A stretch of DNA of 63,816 nt, filler included, from Octopus bimaculoides (GCF_001194135.2; 7 parts of 7 records of this genome joined end to end with filler, not necessarily neighbours in it); one strand, 5' to 3'. Numbered from the whole stretch's first letter, positions 25,765 to 38,550 are shown. The notes: a model not told the origin generated them from the sequence alone. Made by a program: numbers and translations.

Positions 25765-25870
25765 AATAACAACATTTAACAAAAACATCTTTAAATGATG
25801 GTTTGACTGTCTGCCAAGCAAATGGGAAGCAGTAATTGAAGTAGATGGTGAATATGCTCCAGAATAATCA
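25765..25870 (+). mobile_element. Mariner-like transposase extreme C-terminus
   Basis: LPSKWEAVIEVDGEY resembles LPERWQKVIENDGEY. Confidence 0.5.
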
Positions 25871-25953
25871 TTTAACAAATAGCCTTTAGTGTGACGGAGG
25901 GAAAAGACAACAGAACAAGAAGCAAAAGGGAGAAAGGAATACAGCGACCTTAC

Positions 25954-26063
25954 CTTGTCGACCGTGACAGGATAAGCGATCGCTTCATATGAAAACACAA
26001 TCAGCCAAATTAAATCCGGGACCTCTACGCTCGCCGTCCCTGCTCGAACTGCCACGCATGCGC
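25954..26063 (-). promoter_or_regulatory. Candidate ZNF2 promoter and non-coding first exon
   Basis: Donor CAAG|GTAAGG (exon ends 25954); CpG-rich stretch with GCGCATGCGT (NRF1-like) at 26054-26063. Confidence 0.55.
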
Positions 26064-26139
26064 CTGTGGCTCTTCAGCCGGGTCCTGCTGTCTTCACTTC
26101 CGTTTGCTTCACCTTCAATCCTCCTCCACATAGCTCATC

Positions 26140-26239
26140 NNNNNNNNNNNNNNNNNNNNNNNNNNNNNNNNNNNNNNNNNNNNTTAATTAATTAANNNNN
26201 NNNNNNNNNNNNNNNNNNNNNNNNNNNNNNNNNNNNNNN
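26140..26239. other. Artificial scaffold linker 44N-TTAATTAATTAA-44N
   Basis: Exactly 100 bp, stop codons in all six frames; identical at six sites. Confidence 0.95.
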
Positions 26240-28914
26240 GTTGATGCAAACGAATTATCCTTCTCCCGAATTTGCTGGCCTTGTGCTAAAATTTGAAAGT
26301 AAGCTTTCCTATTTCTATGGAAAAAGAACCAGAGTAACTGTAAGCCTTGTGATGAGCGGACTTTTCCGGTCAGATTTTAATTTCGAGTTTTCCGTACGTT
26401 ATTATAGTCATGAGAAAAGACACGCTCATCATGCAACATTAATCTTTCCTCTTTCATTCATTTATGGCTTGCACTTCAATAAATTGTCATATCCTTCATT
26501 TATAAGACAAAAAAAAAAAAGAAAGCAGAAACATCGAAATTATACTCACTAAACTAATCTTTTATTTTTCGTTAAAGTAACGGAAAAAATTTCAAAGCAG
26601 CCCAGAGTTGCGGAAAATTTTTTTTTCTTTCTGTTTTGTTGTTTTACTGTTCACAACTGAAGTTGTTGATAACAGATTGGATACACACCGCCAAGATTCT
26701 CGAACTGGAATCACCGGAGTAAAAATAATTTCTTGTTTTACCTCAGCAGACGCCTGTATCATTTATTGAACATCAAATAAGTTATTATTTTAGCTCATTG
26801 CATTCCTCCAGATAAGGTATTTTTCTTGAAGTTTCGAAATATTTAATTTTTTTTCTCCACAGTCGAGAGAAATAATTCTCTTCTACAATTTCTAATTCAA
26901 ATTCACTTTGAGAAAAGACTGAAGATGTTATCTTTAGATGGTCATTACAGATTTTTCACGTTAACAGCCTTTCAGCGTTAATGTCATACTCATTTGAGTC
27001 AATATGGTGTTAACTTACTGGACGAGAAACCCGCCTTGCACCAAAAAGGCTGTATTGTATTCATAGACAAGATATTCAATGTATTGTTTATTAAGATGTT
27101 GAATAAATATTATGGGGAAAGCGAAGGTACAGTTTTCAACGCTTACCGTCAGTCTTTCGTTAGTTAGCAACTAAGTTTAAATGTTCGTGTGAAGAAAGAT
27201 GGACATCACATTGTTGGCTTGCTTTGCCATAAATAGTTCACATGCGGACAAAGTAGTCTTATATTGAAATATTTAAGAAACATTTAACTATATTACATAC
27301 CAGTGACATCAAGAAAAAAAGCGACTTTAGAAAATGTATCGAACATCAAGCTGAAATAATGAGACATCGTGGGACAAGTAGAGATAATTTTTCTCTAAAA
27401 AGGAGCAAGGACAGTGTCCATACTCCTCCTTCAGAGTCTCCTTAGCTGTTGAAAAGGAGTTCTCCTCTGACCGGAGGCCTGATTCGAATACTTGCAGCGG
27501 AGTAGACTCTGCTAAAGATATCCAAGAACCAGGTGGTGATGTCAAACTGAGCAACGGATTGGGTTGGATATTTTCGACGAAATTTGTATTTATTTATATA
27601 TCAGCCATACAAGATTAGAAGTATTGTTATGGAGCAAAAACCGCTTTGCACATCGAAAAGTGGTTTGTCGAAAAATCAGCGAAATAGTGTCGAGAATATG
27701 AATTTGAACCGTTTGGTTTATAGAACGGTTAAATCGAAATTTGATCGAAATAATTTGATCGAAATAATTTGATTGAAAATATTTCAACAACAGCTGATAA
27801 TTATAACTTCAAGAAAAATGTTGAGGACGGAGCTTTGATTTTATTAACTGCAACCAAGGGTTAACATTGTCATATTATGCTAGTCTGTTTTATTCTGAGT
27901 TATTTAAAAATTCATAAACCACTACAACAGCAACAATGACGAATATAATTAAAAATTATATTTAGCCTAAGTTCTATGTCTGCCTTTTGTTTACCTATAA
28001 CTAAATTTTCGATGATGTAAGCACTAGTTTTTCTAGAAATGGTTCGCTCTTGCTGCTCACTTTAATTCGTTCACTAGATTAATGCAAAGACTACAATGAT
28101 TCAATATGGCGTCATAACAAACGTGCGATTTGATGAGAGGCTATATTAACTAAACTTATCACTACTTGCTAAACTTATGCACCCATATTCTAATCCGTTT
28201 CCCAAATTCTAGGAAACAAAATAATTGTATTAAGGCTTTTCTTGAATGACGATGCTCATTAATTCTGATTCAATAAATTAACCTTAATCTAACAACCTTC
28301 CAGCAAACCAAGTTTTAAATACGATGTTTCTACTAGGAAATTAGACTGTACTCTAGTAGCTTCGGGTCCGAGAACCACCCCACCCCCATATCTTACAAAG
28401 AAATGAAAGTAAAGAATTAGAAGGACGAAAGAAATGATGTCCTAATGGTGAATATATGAGTTTTCCCAAAGAAACTAACAAATTTAAATACTAAAAAACT
28501 TAACTTGATTGAGAAATCTTATTGCCAGAGAGTCAGTGACGCATGACAATCAATAAAAACCTTAGTGAAATTTGAACACTAAATTTTTGGATCAGTTTGT
28601 TCTTTGACATAACCTCTCGTTTAATAATAATTATTATTTCTTACATTCTTACGGTGGAACAAGAGTCACCAATTTTTACTTAATTTATCGATCCTTGAAA
28701 AATAAAAAAAATATGCATTTGAAGCAGAAATTAGACTCAAAGGTCCTATGTTGTAGGGACACGAGAAGTTCGAATGTTTACTTCTCTGTCAAAGTTTTCA
28801 GTGACACCCCTGAAGTAAAACTGCGAATTAAATACAAACCGAAGCCTCGATTCTCCCACATTTAAAACGAGGCTGAACATTTTTCTAGGGCGTGAAAAAG
28901 AAGAGCCTATTGAT

Positions 28915-29040
28915 TCGCCTCCAGTATTTAACTAGTTCTTTATTTTATCGTTTCAGGAGGATGAGAGACAAAGTTGACTCAGGGAGGATTTGAACTCGGA
29001 ACGCAATCATTCGGAAGAAATACCAACGCTCTAACGATTC
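28915..29040 (-). mobile_element. Decayed CORE-type SINE
   Basis: Diverged match to 18239-18469. Confidence 0.5.
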
Positions 29041-30649
29041 TATAACTCCAAGTCACTTATTCTAAGTCACTCATTGAAGTCAGTTGCTTTTAATCTCTTA
29101 GTATAGCAGTTTGTTTTATTCGAGAAGAATTACGGAAATGAAGGCTAAAATATGAAACAATCCAAATCCAGATATCAAGTTGTTCTTCTCATAAGTGTTT
29201 CTTCTGAGAAATGAGACTGTACTCTAGTAGCTGGTGGAGGAGGAATACAATAAATCTAAAGACAAAGGCGTTAGTTTAGTTCTGATAATACGAGAACAAT
29301 GAACGATTTTCACACTGAAACAAAAGTCATTACATCAATTAAGATACATAATAATTAAAATATTCTCAGAATATTCTAAGTAATTTACAAGTCTTTTTTG
29401 TAAAACTAAACAAAATAAAAAAATATTGCTTCTATATAAAAAAAAAAATTCCAATTGTAGAGTTTCTAAATTTCATTTAGATGTTATAGAATTATAATGC
29501 ATTTTCTAAAAGAATGCAGGAATGGTGGTGGTGATGTTAGTTCACCCAGTGTTGGGAGCAGCCTCAGTACTTCTAATAGTTGAGCTTGGACTGCCCCGAA
29601 TATTTTGACAACTTGAGAGCTTTAATAACATATCTAAAGGTCTTTAATGATTTTAGTTAATTCTGAATTATATAGAAAGTTTATTTAACGCTACACAATG
29701 GGGTCTTTTATGGGTGATCATAATTTTTAAGAGAAAGTTGCTATAGAATTAAACGGGGGCAGGAGCAAAAAGGAAATTATGAAGGGTTTGCGTACGAAAT
29801 ATTTAAATCACAGACATAAAAGGAAGCGTCTTGTTAATCAATCCATCGACGTCAACATTACACGATAAATTGAGCAGAAAATATCTAGGAATAAAACCTG
29901 ATTTTTAATATTGATCCACGTTAAAACGATGTCAGCCATCTTAATACTTGAATGAAGCAAAGTGAGATCAGTGGATAATGCAATATATTTACAAGTTTAT
30001 GGCGGAGGCTTTGTTTTTAAATGACAAACAAATGACTCAAGCAAGGCTTCAACTGAAGATAATCACTGCGCGTCTCAATTGCTTACAGGAACAATCGATA
30101 TGTTAAATTTGTCCTTCTCAAAAATCAATTCCTTTCGAAGATTAAGGCAAAAAGCGTTGGTTATCCGTATGTTATCAAGAAAACTATTTTGTTTTCTTGC
30201 AACGAGACATACACACACGCGCGCGCGCATATGTGTTTATGAATATATGTGCCTCAGCAGATATCTACGTATGAGTATACATACGAAATGTTGCTGTAAA
30301 CACCAATCAACGTTGTGGCTGGTGACGGCAAACATCTCAAGCTCTCCACCAGAAACAACATCGACCATTTGCAGTGAAACATCAGCAAGAAACGGAGATC
30401 ATTGCTACCGAGTCTGATATGTAAACGACAAACCGACCTAAACGACCGGCCTTTCTTTATTTTATTAAAATTTTTTTTTTCTTTTTTGTAATTCTTATAT
30501 AAAAAATATTAAAAAAATATTTGGAAAACATAGATTATGCAAGAAATTCAATGATTCCATCTCGATGTATAAAAACTCGGAGATGGTTTTACCAAAGCCA
30601 GTGGTTGTGAAGCAGTAGCTGTTTGCATATAAAGTGTATTGTTGGCAAC

Positions 30650-30692
<43 letters not shown>

Positions 30693-30702
30693 NNNNNNNN
30701 NN

Positions 30703-30746
<44 letters not shown>

Positions 30747-30948
30747 CAAAGTATACAGTATTATAGATGCATTTCATCACGCTTAACCAATCTGTTTTAC
30801 ACAGGGTATTAGATAACCAGATCTACCATCTCTGAAGAGTGCGTTGTATTATTTACTGTGTTGTTATGTAATATCCGGTTATTTAATATCCAGTGCGAAA
30901 CCGGTTGGTAAAGTCGACTGAAATGTATCTATAATACTGTATAGTTTG
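30747..30948. mobile_element. Small foldback (MITE-like) element with ~75-bp imperfect inverted arms
   Basis: CAAAGTATACAGTATTATAGATGCATTTCA versus the reverse complement of TGAAATGTATCTATAATACTGTATAGTTTG (2 mismatches in 30), with weaker pairing further in. Confidence 0.7.
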
Positions 30949-31015
30949 ATTAATACCCACTCTATTGACAAATATATGAGCGCATATTTTTTCTGGCCTA
31001 TGGATTCTTAGGTGA

Positions 31016-31051
<36 letters not shown>

Positions 31052-31338
31052 TGCTGTTTTCCACCTTACAAGTTCACTTTATTCTCTACAGCATTAGTTC
31101 AAATTACTGTTGGCAAATCATTGATTCTATTTGTCTATTATAATTTCAATGGTTATGTTTCTAATCTTATGTTAACAATTTAATTCACAAATTGTAATTT
31201 ATATAAAATATTTAAAGTGAAAACATAGATTTCTTTTGTTTTTAAATATGAATATCACAGGTTTTGTCTTAAAATGTGTTGGTTGTGAGTACAGAATATT
31301 AAGGCGGAAACTTATTACTGAAGTTTCGTTATTTAACA

Positions 31339-31438
31339 NNNNNNNNNNNNNNNNNNNNNNNNNNNNNNNNNNNNNNNNNNNNTTAATTAATTAANNNNNN
31401 NNNNNNNNNNNNNNNNNNNNNNNNNNNNNNNNNNNNNN
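31339..31438. other. Artificial scaffold linker
   Basis: 44N-TTAATTAATTAA-44N. Confidence 0.95.
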
Positions 31439-31939
31439 TATATATAAAAGAATGAGATAAAGAGACCAATGGCATAAGTAAATTTATATTTTATGTAGAA
31501 TGTTCAATGTATCCCTTCATCGGAGACCGTAATAGTAGAAGATAAGCATTATTACATCTGTATGAGGAGATTTGCAGTAAGAAATGAGAGCAATGCGGAG
31601 AAGAAAAAACAAAGAAGAAAAAGTACTTGGAGTATATCCACAAATGCAACTATAATCACCACTGGAAAATACCCACACGGATTCTATACATGGATATTTA
31701 CTGTTGGAATGGAACTATACTTCAAGTACTTTTTCTTCTTTGTTTTTTTCTTCTCCACATTGCTCTCATTCCTTACTGCAAATCTCCTCATACAGATGTA
31801 ATGATCCTTATCTTCTACTATTACCGTCTCCGATGAAGGGATACCTTGAATTTTCCCTGAAACAGCTGTAAGATATTCTACATAAAATATAAATTTACTT
31901 ATGCCATTGGTCTCTTTATCTCATTCTTTTTTATATATA
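31439..31939. repeat. 500-bp foldback with ~200-bp inverted arms (31439-31636 / 31716-31939), probably an inverted Penelope-like pLTR
   Basis: Arms are reverse complements apart from a few substitutions and a ~24-nt deletion in the left arm; the right arm carries a hammerhead motif. Confidence 0.85.
31826..31874 (+). ncRNA. Minimal type-I hammerhead ribozyme motif (U4C core variant)
   Basis: GTCT-CCGATGA-AGGGA[TACCTTGAATTT]TCCCT-GAAA-CAGCTG-TA-AGAT; palindromic stem III ACAGCTGT; predicted cleavage after GUA at 31870. Confidence 0.65.
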
Positions 31940-33164
31940 CACACACTAATACACGACCCATGTTATATTCCCTACTCATGTTGCAACCACATCAGGTGCA
32001 AAACTAGTCGGTATACAGCACTTACTCGGTATTACCTGTATCGTTAGGGTCTGGTTGACTCCATTACCCTCCATTACATTTCTTCAACAACTATGAGAAA
32101 CAACTGTTTTACACACAATAAACTACCATTTTTCTCACTCTCGGACTACTTTCTGTTGTTGTGTAGTCACAGTCTAGCTTCATCATATTGATCAATGATC
32201 TAAAGTATACTAACCATGACCATCGTAACTGTTTACCAATAACGTGCATTCAGAACTATAATCTAATGTCACCTCTTTTTGAAGATATTCAGGTATAATT
32301 TGAGGTAAATTAGACTGCTGTTTTTAGCAGAGTGAATGACCACATTACCTCCTGCAGTAACTCTTTCGACAGTACACCTTACTAACCCTTAATTCGGCTT
32401 CCAGTTTACATATTCAGTTTATATGTACACTCTACTAACACCTGGTCAACTATTAAAATAAAATTTGTCCTCAGGTACCCCTACTTTGAGTCCCATCCTG
32501 ATTATATGATCTATATGTTAACTCCTACTTAAGTCATCCATTAGTGTCTCTATACACTCTGCTTGACCCCCTACTATAGTCCTCTATTATGTAACATGCC
32601 TTCATACAGACTCTGTTCACCTCTATATCAGCTCCTCTGTTACTCATTCTGTTTGTCTACGTGCTACTCCTGTTTCAACTACCTATTATATAATGTTTCT
32701 CCTTGCTAGCTCCTAATTTAGTCAGCTATTATATAATAGGCCTTTATGTATATTCTGTTAGTCTTTGCTCTAGTCATCTATTACATAATCTTCCCACATG
32801 TACACCCTACAGGTCTCTGATTTAACCTTCATATATATATCATATATTATGTTAGATATCATATGTATCACATATCAGGTAATACACACACACACATCTA
32901 TATCCATTTTGGTTACATGCCTTTATACCCATCTTGTTTCACCTTTTCTCCTCCTCCTCTGAAGTCAAAAAGCTAAATACCAAACAAACTATTGGAGTTG
33001 ACAGAAGCAATCTCTTGAAAGTGGTACACTATGCCATCAGCCTCATAACTGAAACCAGTTAAGTGATAACAAATTCTATTAAATTTAAAGCTATGTGATG
33101 TTCAACATTTCACTTTCAGTTAGGGAAACTGAAAATTCTGAGTGTTTATAAATGAGTATATAAG

Positions 33165-33340
33165 ATTTTAGGTATAGCTGTGTGGTTAAGAGCTTTGCTT
33201 CATAAATACATAGTTTTGAGTTCAGTTCCAATGTGTGACAATCTGTGTAAAGATCTTCTGTTATAGCCCCAAGACAACAAATGCTTGTGAGTGAATTTTG
33301 TTGGCAGATACCATGAGCTAATTTGTTTTCCTGTGTTAGC
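33165..33340 (+). mobile_element. Old family-B-like SINE head
   Basis: GCTGTGTGGTTAAG...GAGTTCAGTTCC...GCTTGTGAGTGAATTT. Confidence 0.55.
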
Positions 33341-34979
33341 ATGAGTTAGAGGAATATACTGTGTGTGTGTGTGTGTGTGTGCAGCAACAACTGGCACCAG
33401 AAACATGGAGTCCTTTTCATAACTAGCACTAACATTTACTAAAGACTCTTATCTTCAATATAAAATGTTTTAAGGAAACTCTGAAGTGAGAGGTACCATG
33501 ATGTGCTCTGTTTGGGGTGAGATACACAGAAGGAGTAACAGTAAGTTCCTCAGACAATCCTGACAGTCAAACTTTCTCACCATTAATGAGGTAGTGACAT
33601 CTTTGCAATAGCTGATTCTGTTACAGAAGCCACCTTACTCTCAGATGAACATAACATCAAAGTTCTCAGTACAGAATTGAATGATAATTTTATAATCTCA
33701 AGTACAAAATAAATCTCAGATCATCCTATTTGCTTGCATTATGAACAGCAACAGTAAAGTCACAAGCATGAGAAGAGGTAAGTTTCCACATTCTGTCTTC
33801 ATGACTAATTACAAATTGTCTAAGACAAATATAGGTAGTATCTATTTCTATTTTCTAGCAAGCACAGTTCAAACAGCTATTAAAGATCAGCATCCAGTAC
33901 GGAGAAATGCCTGTGGAAACAAAAAGATTAATGCTATCACATGTTTAACCTAAATCTAGTTCAAAATTGCCTGACATCAAATGAAAACTTTTTTTAAGTG
34001 CATCCTACTATGTAGACATTTCAGAAAGTAGAAATGTTTTAGTATGTTGCAGGCCAAGGCAATTAAAAAGTGAAGTAAAATAATCATACAAAATGAAAGA
34101 AACAGTTTATTTTCTTAATTTTTTTAAACATCACCTGTTGTAATGAATGAATGAATGGCTACACATTTAATGACATAAAGATTGGTATGGGCCAAGTATG
34201 ACAGGATATGCAAGAAAGAGTTAAAACGTTCTTAGTTTGGCTGAATGTGAGCAATTGTGATTTTAGAGTAAATGAAGTACCAGCCAGTTGAATAGCTTTC
34301 CTCAATGGACAAATAAACATTTTTAGTCATTTTCTTCTTTTTCAAAATCGATTATTCATCTACAGTATATTGCCATACCTTGCATATTGTTAGTCTCCAT
34401 TGTTCTAATCATTTAGAAATATGAAAATATTTACTAATTAAAATATCACACCTGGGAAAAATCTTTCATTTCTTTTTACCAAATGAAGTTAACTAACTTT
34501 TAATTTGTATTAATTAATCTATTTGAGGTTATTGTGAAGATGATACTGCACTATTTCTTGATGCTGAATTTTGTTGTCCACAGAAAATGTCATTGCACAA
34601 AAATACAAACAATTTTTTGTAGGCAATGTTACATATTTCACAAAGATGATGAGTTGGATTTGGATCGTAGACAAATTTGCTAAAACCTGATGTAGACTAG
34701 TGTCACAGCTCTGAATATTTTAATTTATTGTTAACTATTTATCAAGTGCTTTGTGGTAGTTACATACTACAGATTAGATCAAATGGAATGTGTTGAGTTC
34801 AACACTTTTATAGAAAAATCTTTTATTACAAACTCCTTTGTCCACTAGCATTGTATGAGCAAGACCACAATGATGGTTGCCCTGTGTGCAAAATTCTTGC
34901 AATTGCAAAATCTTAAGAGAAAGAGAACTGAAGTGGTAATAATCCTTTCTACTATAGGTACAAGGTCTGAATTTTGTAG

Positions 34980-35160
34980 GGAGGGAGTAAGTCGATTACA
35001 TTGATTCCAGTAATCAATTGGTACCTATTTTATCAACCCTGGAACAATAAATGACAAAGTCAACCTTGGCAGAATTTGAACTAAGAACATGAAGACAGAC
35101 AAAATGCCACTAAGTACATTGTCTGGTGAGCTAACGACTCTACCAGTTCAATGCCTTAAA
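34980..35160 (-). mobile_element. Diverged CORE-type SINE
   Basis: Matches 18239-18469 with many substitutions. Confidence 0.65.
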
Positions 35161-35189
35161 TAAAGTAGTAATAATAAAATAGACAAACT

Positions 35190-35624
35190 TGTTGATATGA
35201 CTAGTGTGTCCTGGAGTTCCTGCCAACGAATTTTTGGCAGGAATTACGAATGAAAAGAGTTGCAGCAAAATTTGCACCTCACTTATTCACAGAAGATCAA
35301 AACCAGTCGTGACTGAATGCATGTCGTGAACTGAAAGAACAGTTGGAAGTTGATCCAGACTTTTTATTTAAGGTCATCACTAGTGACGAAAGCTGGTGCT
35401 ATGGAATTTGCAGATGTGGAAGAGGCGAAGAAAAAAATGAGAGAAGCATTGAAAGCATCACTTCGCAAGAATTGCAGTACAGCTTTGATCAGTGGAAAAC
35501 ACATCTGGATCAATGCATTGCTTCAAATGGAGAAAACTTTGAAGGCAATAAAAGTGTAAACATGTAAAACTAAGTGAATAAAATAATATTGCAAAATTAT
35601 GGTTTCTTTTGGGTACCCCCTCAA
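35190..35624 (+). mobile_element. Internally deleted mariner element with right terminal inverted repeat
   Basis: MKRVAAKF-P-L-TEDQ...ELKEQLEVDPDFLFKVITSDESWCYG fused directly to the C-terminal DQWKTHLDQCIASNGENFEG; TIR-like GGTTTCTTTTGGGTACCCCCTC near 35602-35623. Confidence 0.8.
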
Positions 35625-36400
35625 AATAAACAGTACAAAAGCTGTAAGTTCTGTATTAGGTCATCATAAATATCCTCTTTTTCTGAACTTTTGATGGTAC
35701 TTTCACATCTGCTGGGCAGCTGACTTCTACAATGGTGCATGGACTTTTGTGCCTCTTCACAGAAAAACAGGTTTGTTGTGTTTGCAATGGATTGCTGTTT
35801 TACTGGAATAATTTACCAGTATTCCTTGTTTTTACAAAACAAATGTAAATGCATTCTGGTTCTAACATGCTTTTGATATATCCATCTGAGTAATTCCTCC
35901 CGTTAATACCAATGTAAATACTTTTCCAACTATATCATGTCTCAAGAGAAGGTAGGATTTTGTAGACATTTTGGGACAGCTAATGATGATACTTCCATGT
36001 TGGTATAGCATAACCGACATTTTCTATCACAACTTGGTGGTTTTTTTTTATTTATTTATTTATTTATGTGTTTCAGCCAAGTGGCTGCGGTCATGCTGGT
36101 GCACCATCTTTTGACTCTCTTGTTTATCAGGTATTTAGTAGCTGTCTCCTGTTCCAGTACAGCAAAGGCACTTCCGTCAAGATGTAATGTATCTATTGCA
36201 GGTCAAGGGAAGAGGCTATTTTTCCTGTCAATATTACTATTATTCTTTAGCATGTGGGATGTGTACCCATGCATTGTTTTCTGCAGGCATGATCAGTGCT
36301 TCTCTCAGCTTCTGTCAAGTAGGTCATCCCAGCTTCCTTTCAGTCATGTGATACTGTTGTACACTCACAACACCTTCTTTTATCTATTCTAAAGATATTG
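35625..36400 (-). mobile_element. RLE-type (R4/Dong-like) non-LTR retrotransposon, C-terminal fragment, degraded
   Basis: IIISCPKMSTKSYLLLRHD (zinc knuckle to RHD), CKHNKP and IVEVSCPADVKVPSKVQKKEDIYDDL (PD-(D/E)xK nuclease). Confidence 0.72.
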
Positions 36401-36641
36401 TTTTCACTTTTAAGTACACATGTAATGTACTCAGTTCTTTCTTTACTGTTCAGCAAGTATTATCTGAGTGACACAATGCAACACTCAAATACTTTTGACT
36501 GTCTTTAAACCTCTTATGCTATCTCTTTGTTGTATAGAGATTCTGTTGGTGTTGGTGTTAATGTGGAAGTTGCCAGTGGTGGCCAGTATCTTTCTACCTT
36601 TTGACATACATGCTGCTGATCTTTTCAAGTGTCCAGTCCAT

Positions 36642-36673
<32 letters not shown>

Positions 36674-36808
36674 TGCGTGTGTGCATGTACATATTTGCAT
36701 ATAAGCATGTTTAAGTATATATATATATATATATATAGCGATATTTTTGATACACACAGAACAAAAAAAACAGTAGAGAAGAGTAAAAAAACCACCTGCC
36801 TTTAGTTA

Positions 36809-36870
36809 ATTTAGTACGATCGTTTCACAGTTAAGAGTAAAGAATACTCTATTCTGATCTTCAGCTAAAT
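36809..36870 (-). ncRNA. Minimal type-I hammerhead ribozyme motif
   Basis: ATTTAG-CTGAAGA-TCAG AAT AGAGTA[TTCTT]TACTCT TAA CTGT-GAAA-CGATCG-TA-CTAAAT; perfect 6-bp stem I, canonical core, palindromic stem III ACGATCGT; U-U mismatch at the base of stem II. Confidence 0.75.
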
Positions 36871-37512
36871 ATTCTAATAAATTTGTTAATGTCTAAATAA
36901 CTCACGTTAATTTTGACCATGCGACATCAATACCACGTGAGGAAGACGTTAAGAAATTTATCGGCCAGTGAGTTCAAAATCCCTCACCCTAATGAATTCA
37001 ATTCAGTGTGCATCATAAATAGTCCCGCATAGAAAAGAGACCCGTACGAACTTCTTGCGGNNNNNNNNNNNNNNNNNNNNNNNNNNNNNNNNNNNNNNNN
37101 NNNNNNNNNNNNNNNNNNNNNNNNNNNNNNNNNNNNNNNNNNNNNNNNNNNNNNNNNNNNNNNNNNNNNNNNNNNNNNNNNNNNNNNNNNNNNNNNNNNN
37201 NNNNNNNNNNNNNNNNNNNNNNNNNNNNNNNNNNNNNNNNNNNNNNNNNNNNNNNNNNNNNNNNNNNNNNNNNNNNNNNNNNNNNNNNNNNNNNNNNNNN
37301 NNNNNNNNNNNNNNNNNNNNNNNNNNNNNNNNNNNNNNNNNNNNNNNNNNNNNNNNNNNNNNNNNNNNNNNNNNNNNNNNNNNNNNNNNNNNNNNNNNNN
37401 NNNNNNNNNNNNNNNNNNNNNNNNNNNNNNNNNNNNNNNNNNNNNNNNNNNNNNNNNNNNNNNNNNNNNNNNNNNNNNNNNNNNNNNNNNNNNNNNNNNN
37501 NNNNNNNNNNNN

Positions 37513-37569
<57 letters not shown>

Positions 37570-37805
37570 CACATATATACATATACATCTATATATATAT
37601 ATGTATATATGTATGTATATATATATATATATATTCTTTTATGTTTCATCCCTGAGGCTGTAGCCATGCTGGGGCACCGGAACACTGAAAAGGAAAGTCA
37701 ATTCTTCAAAAGTAGCTTAAGACATTCTGAGATAGAGTAATGTCAATAATATACTTTAAAGGTATCTAAATTCATATATTCATTATTAAAATAGAAAGGA
37801 TATAA

Positions 37806-38550
37806 GGATAAAATGTATATAAGATTTTATCAAGTAGCCAGTGTGCAAAACCAATTGAGGAAAAAATTATTAATACAAAGTATATAATTTTTTTCCTTAT
37901 ATATAAAATACATTATTATATCAAGGGCTATAACTGTAAGTAAAGCCTCATGCTGTGAGGGGACTCTAAAGTCAAACTACTTCAATAAATATACACAGAC
38001 ACCAAATTCGAGGGAATGAATGTAAGAGAAATTCCATATATCATTAATGATTTCATGGTCAGCATATATAATATGCTCTCCATTCATCAGTACAAACATC
38101 ATCAGGAAAATATAAATATAAACATCTATACATACCATGTGAACACAATGCATCCAGCAGAGCATATATAAATGTTGACACTTATATATCTATAGAAGGG
38201 GATTCTCTTTTGTGTTCATCTCAGCTACGTGTGTATGATCGGAACAACTCAGCACTGAATATATTCAAGGATAAAATCTATATAAGATTTTACAAAGTAG
38301 CTATCGTGCAGAACCAACTAAGGAATTTTTTCCTTATATACTAAATACATGAATGGAGGGCATTATTATATAAGTTGCCCATGAAATCATTAATATTATA
38401 CGACTAAACCTTTTTAAAAAAATTTCTCTTATGTTCATTCCCTCAAATTTGGTACCTGTATATATTTAATGAAGTAGTTTGACTTTAGAGTCCCTTCACA
38501 GCATGCAGCATTACTTATACTAATACCCCTTGATATAATAATGTATTATA
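37806..38550. repeat. Mixed direct and inverted duplication (A-B-C-A'-inverted B')
   Basis: 37806-37911 resembles 38269-38350 directly; 37908-38088 resembles the reverse complement of 38348-38550. Confidence 0.75.

Noticed and set aside
26184-26195. TTAATTAA PacI or homeodomain site
   Set aside because: Artificial linker embedded in Ns.
27327-27554. 75-aa minus-strand ORF in GC-richer sequence
   Set aside because: No recognisable domain or convincing splice partners.
29840-29890. HTH-psq/pogo-like STLHDKLSRK peptide
   Set aside because: Too short, with no supporting transposase motifs nearby.
33540-33785. Plus-strand GTAAGT donors suggesting exons
   Set aside because: No coherent ORF or partner exons found.
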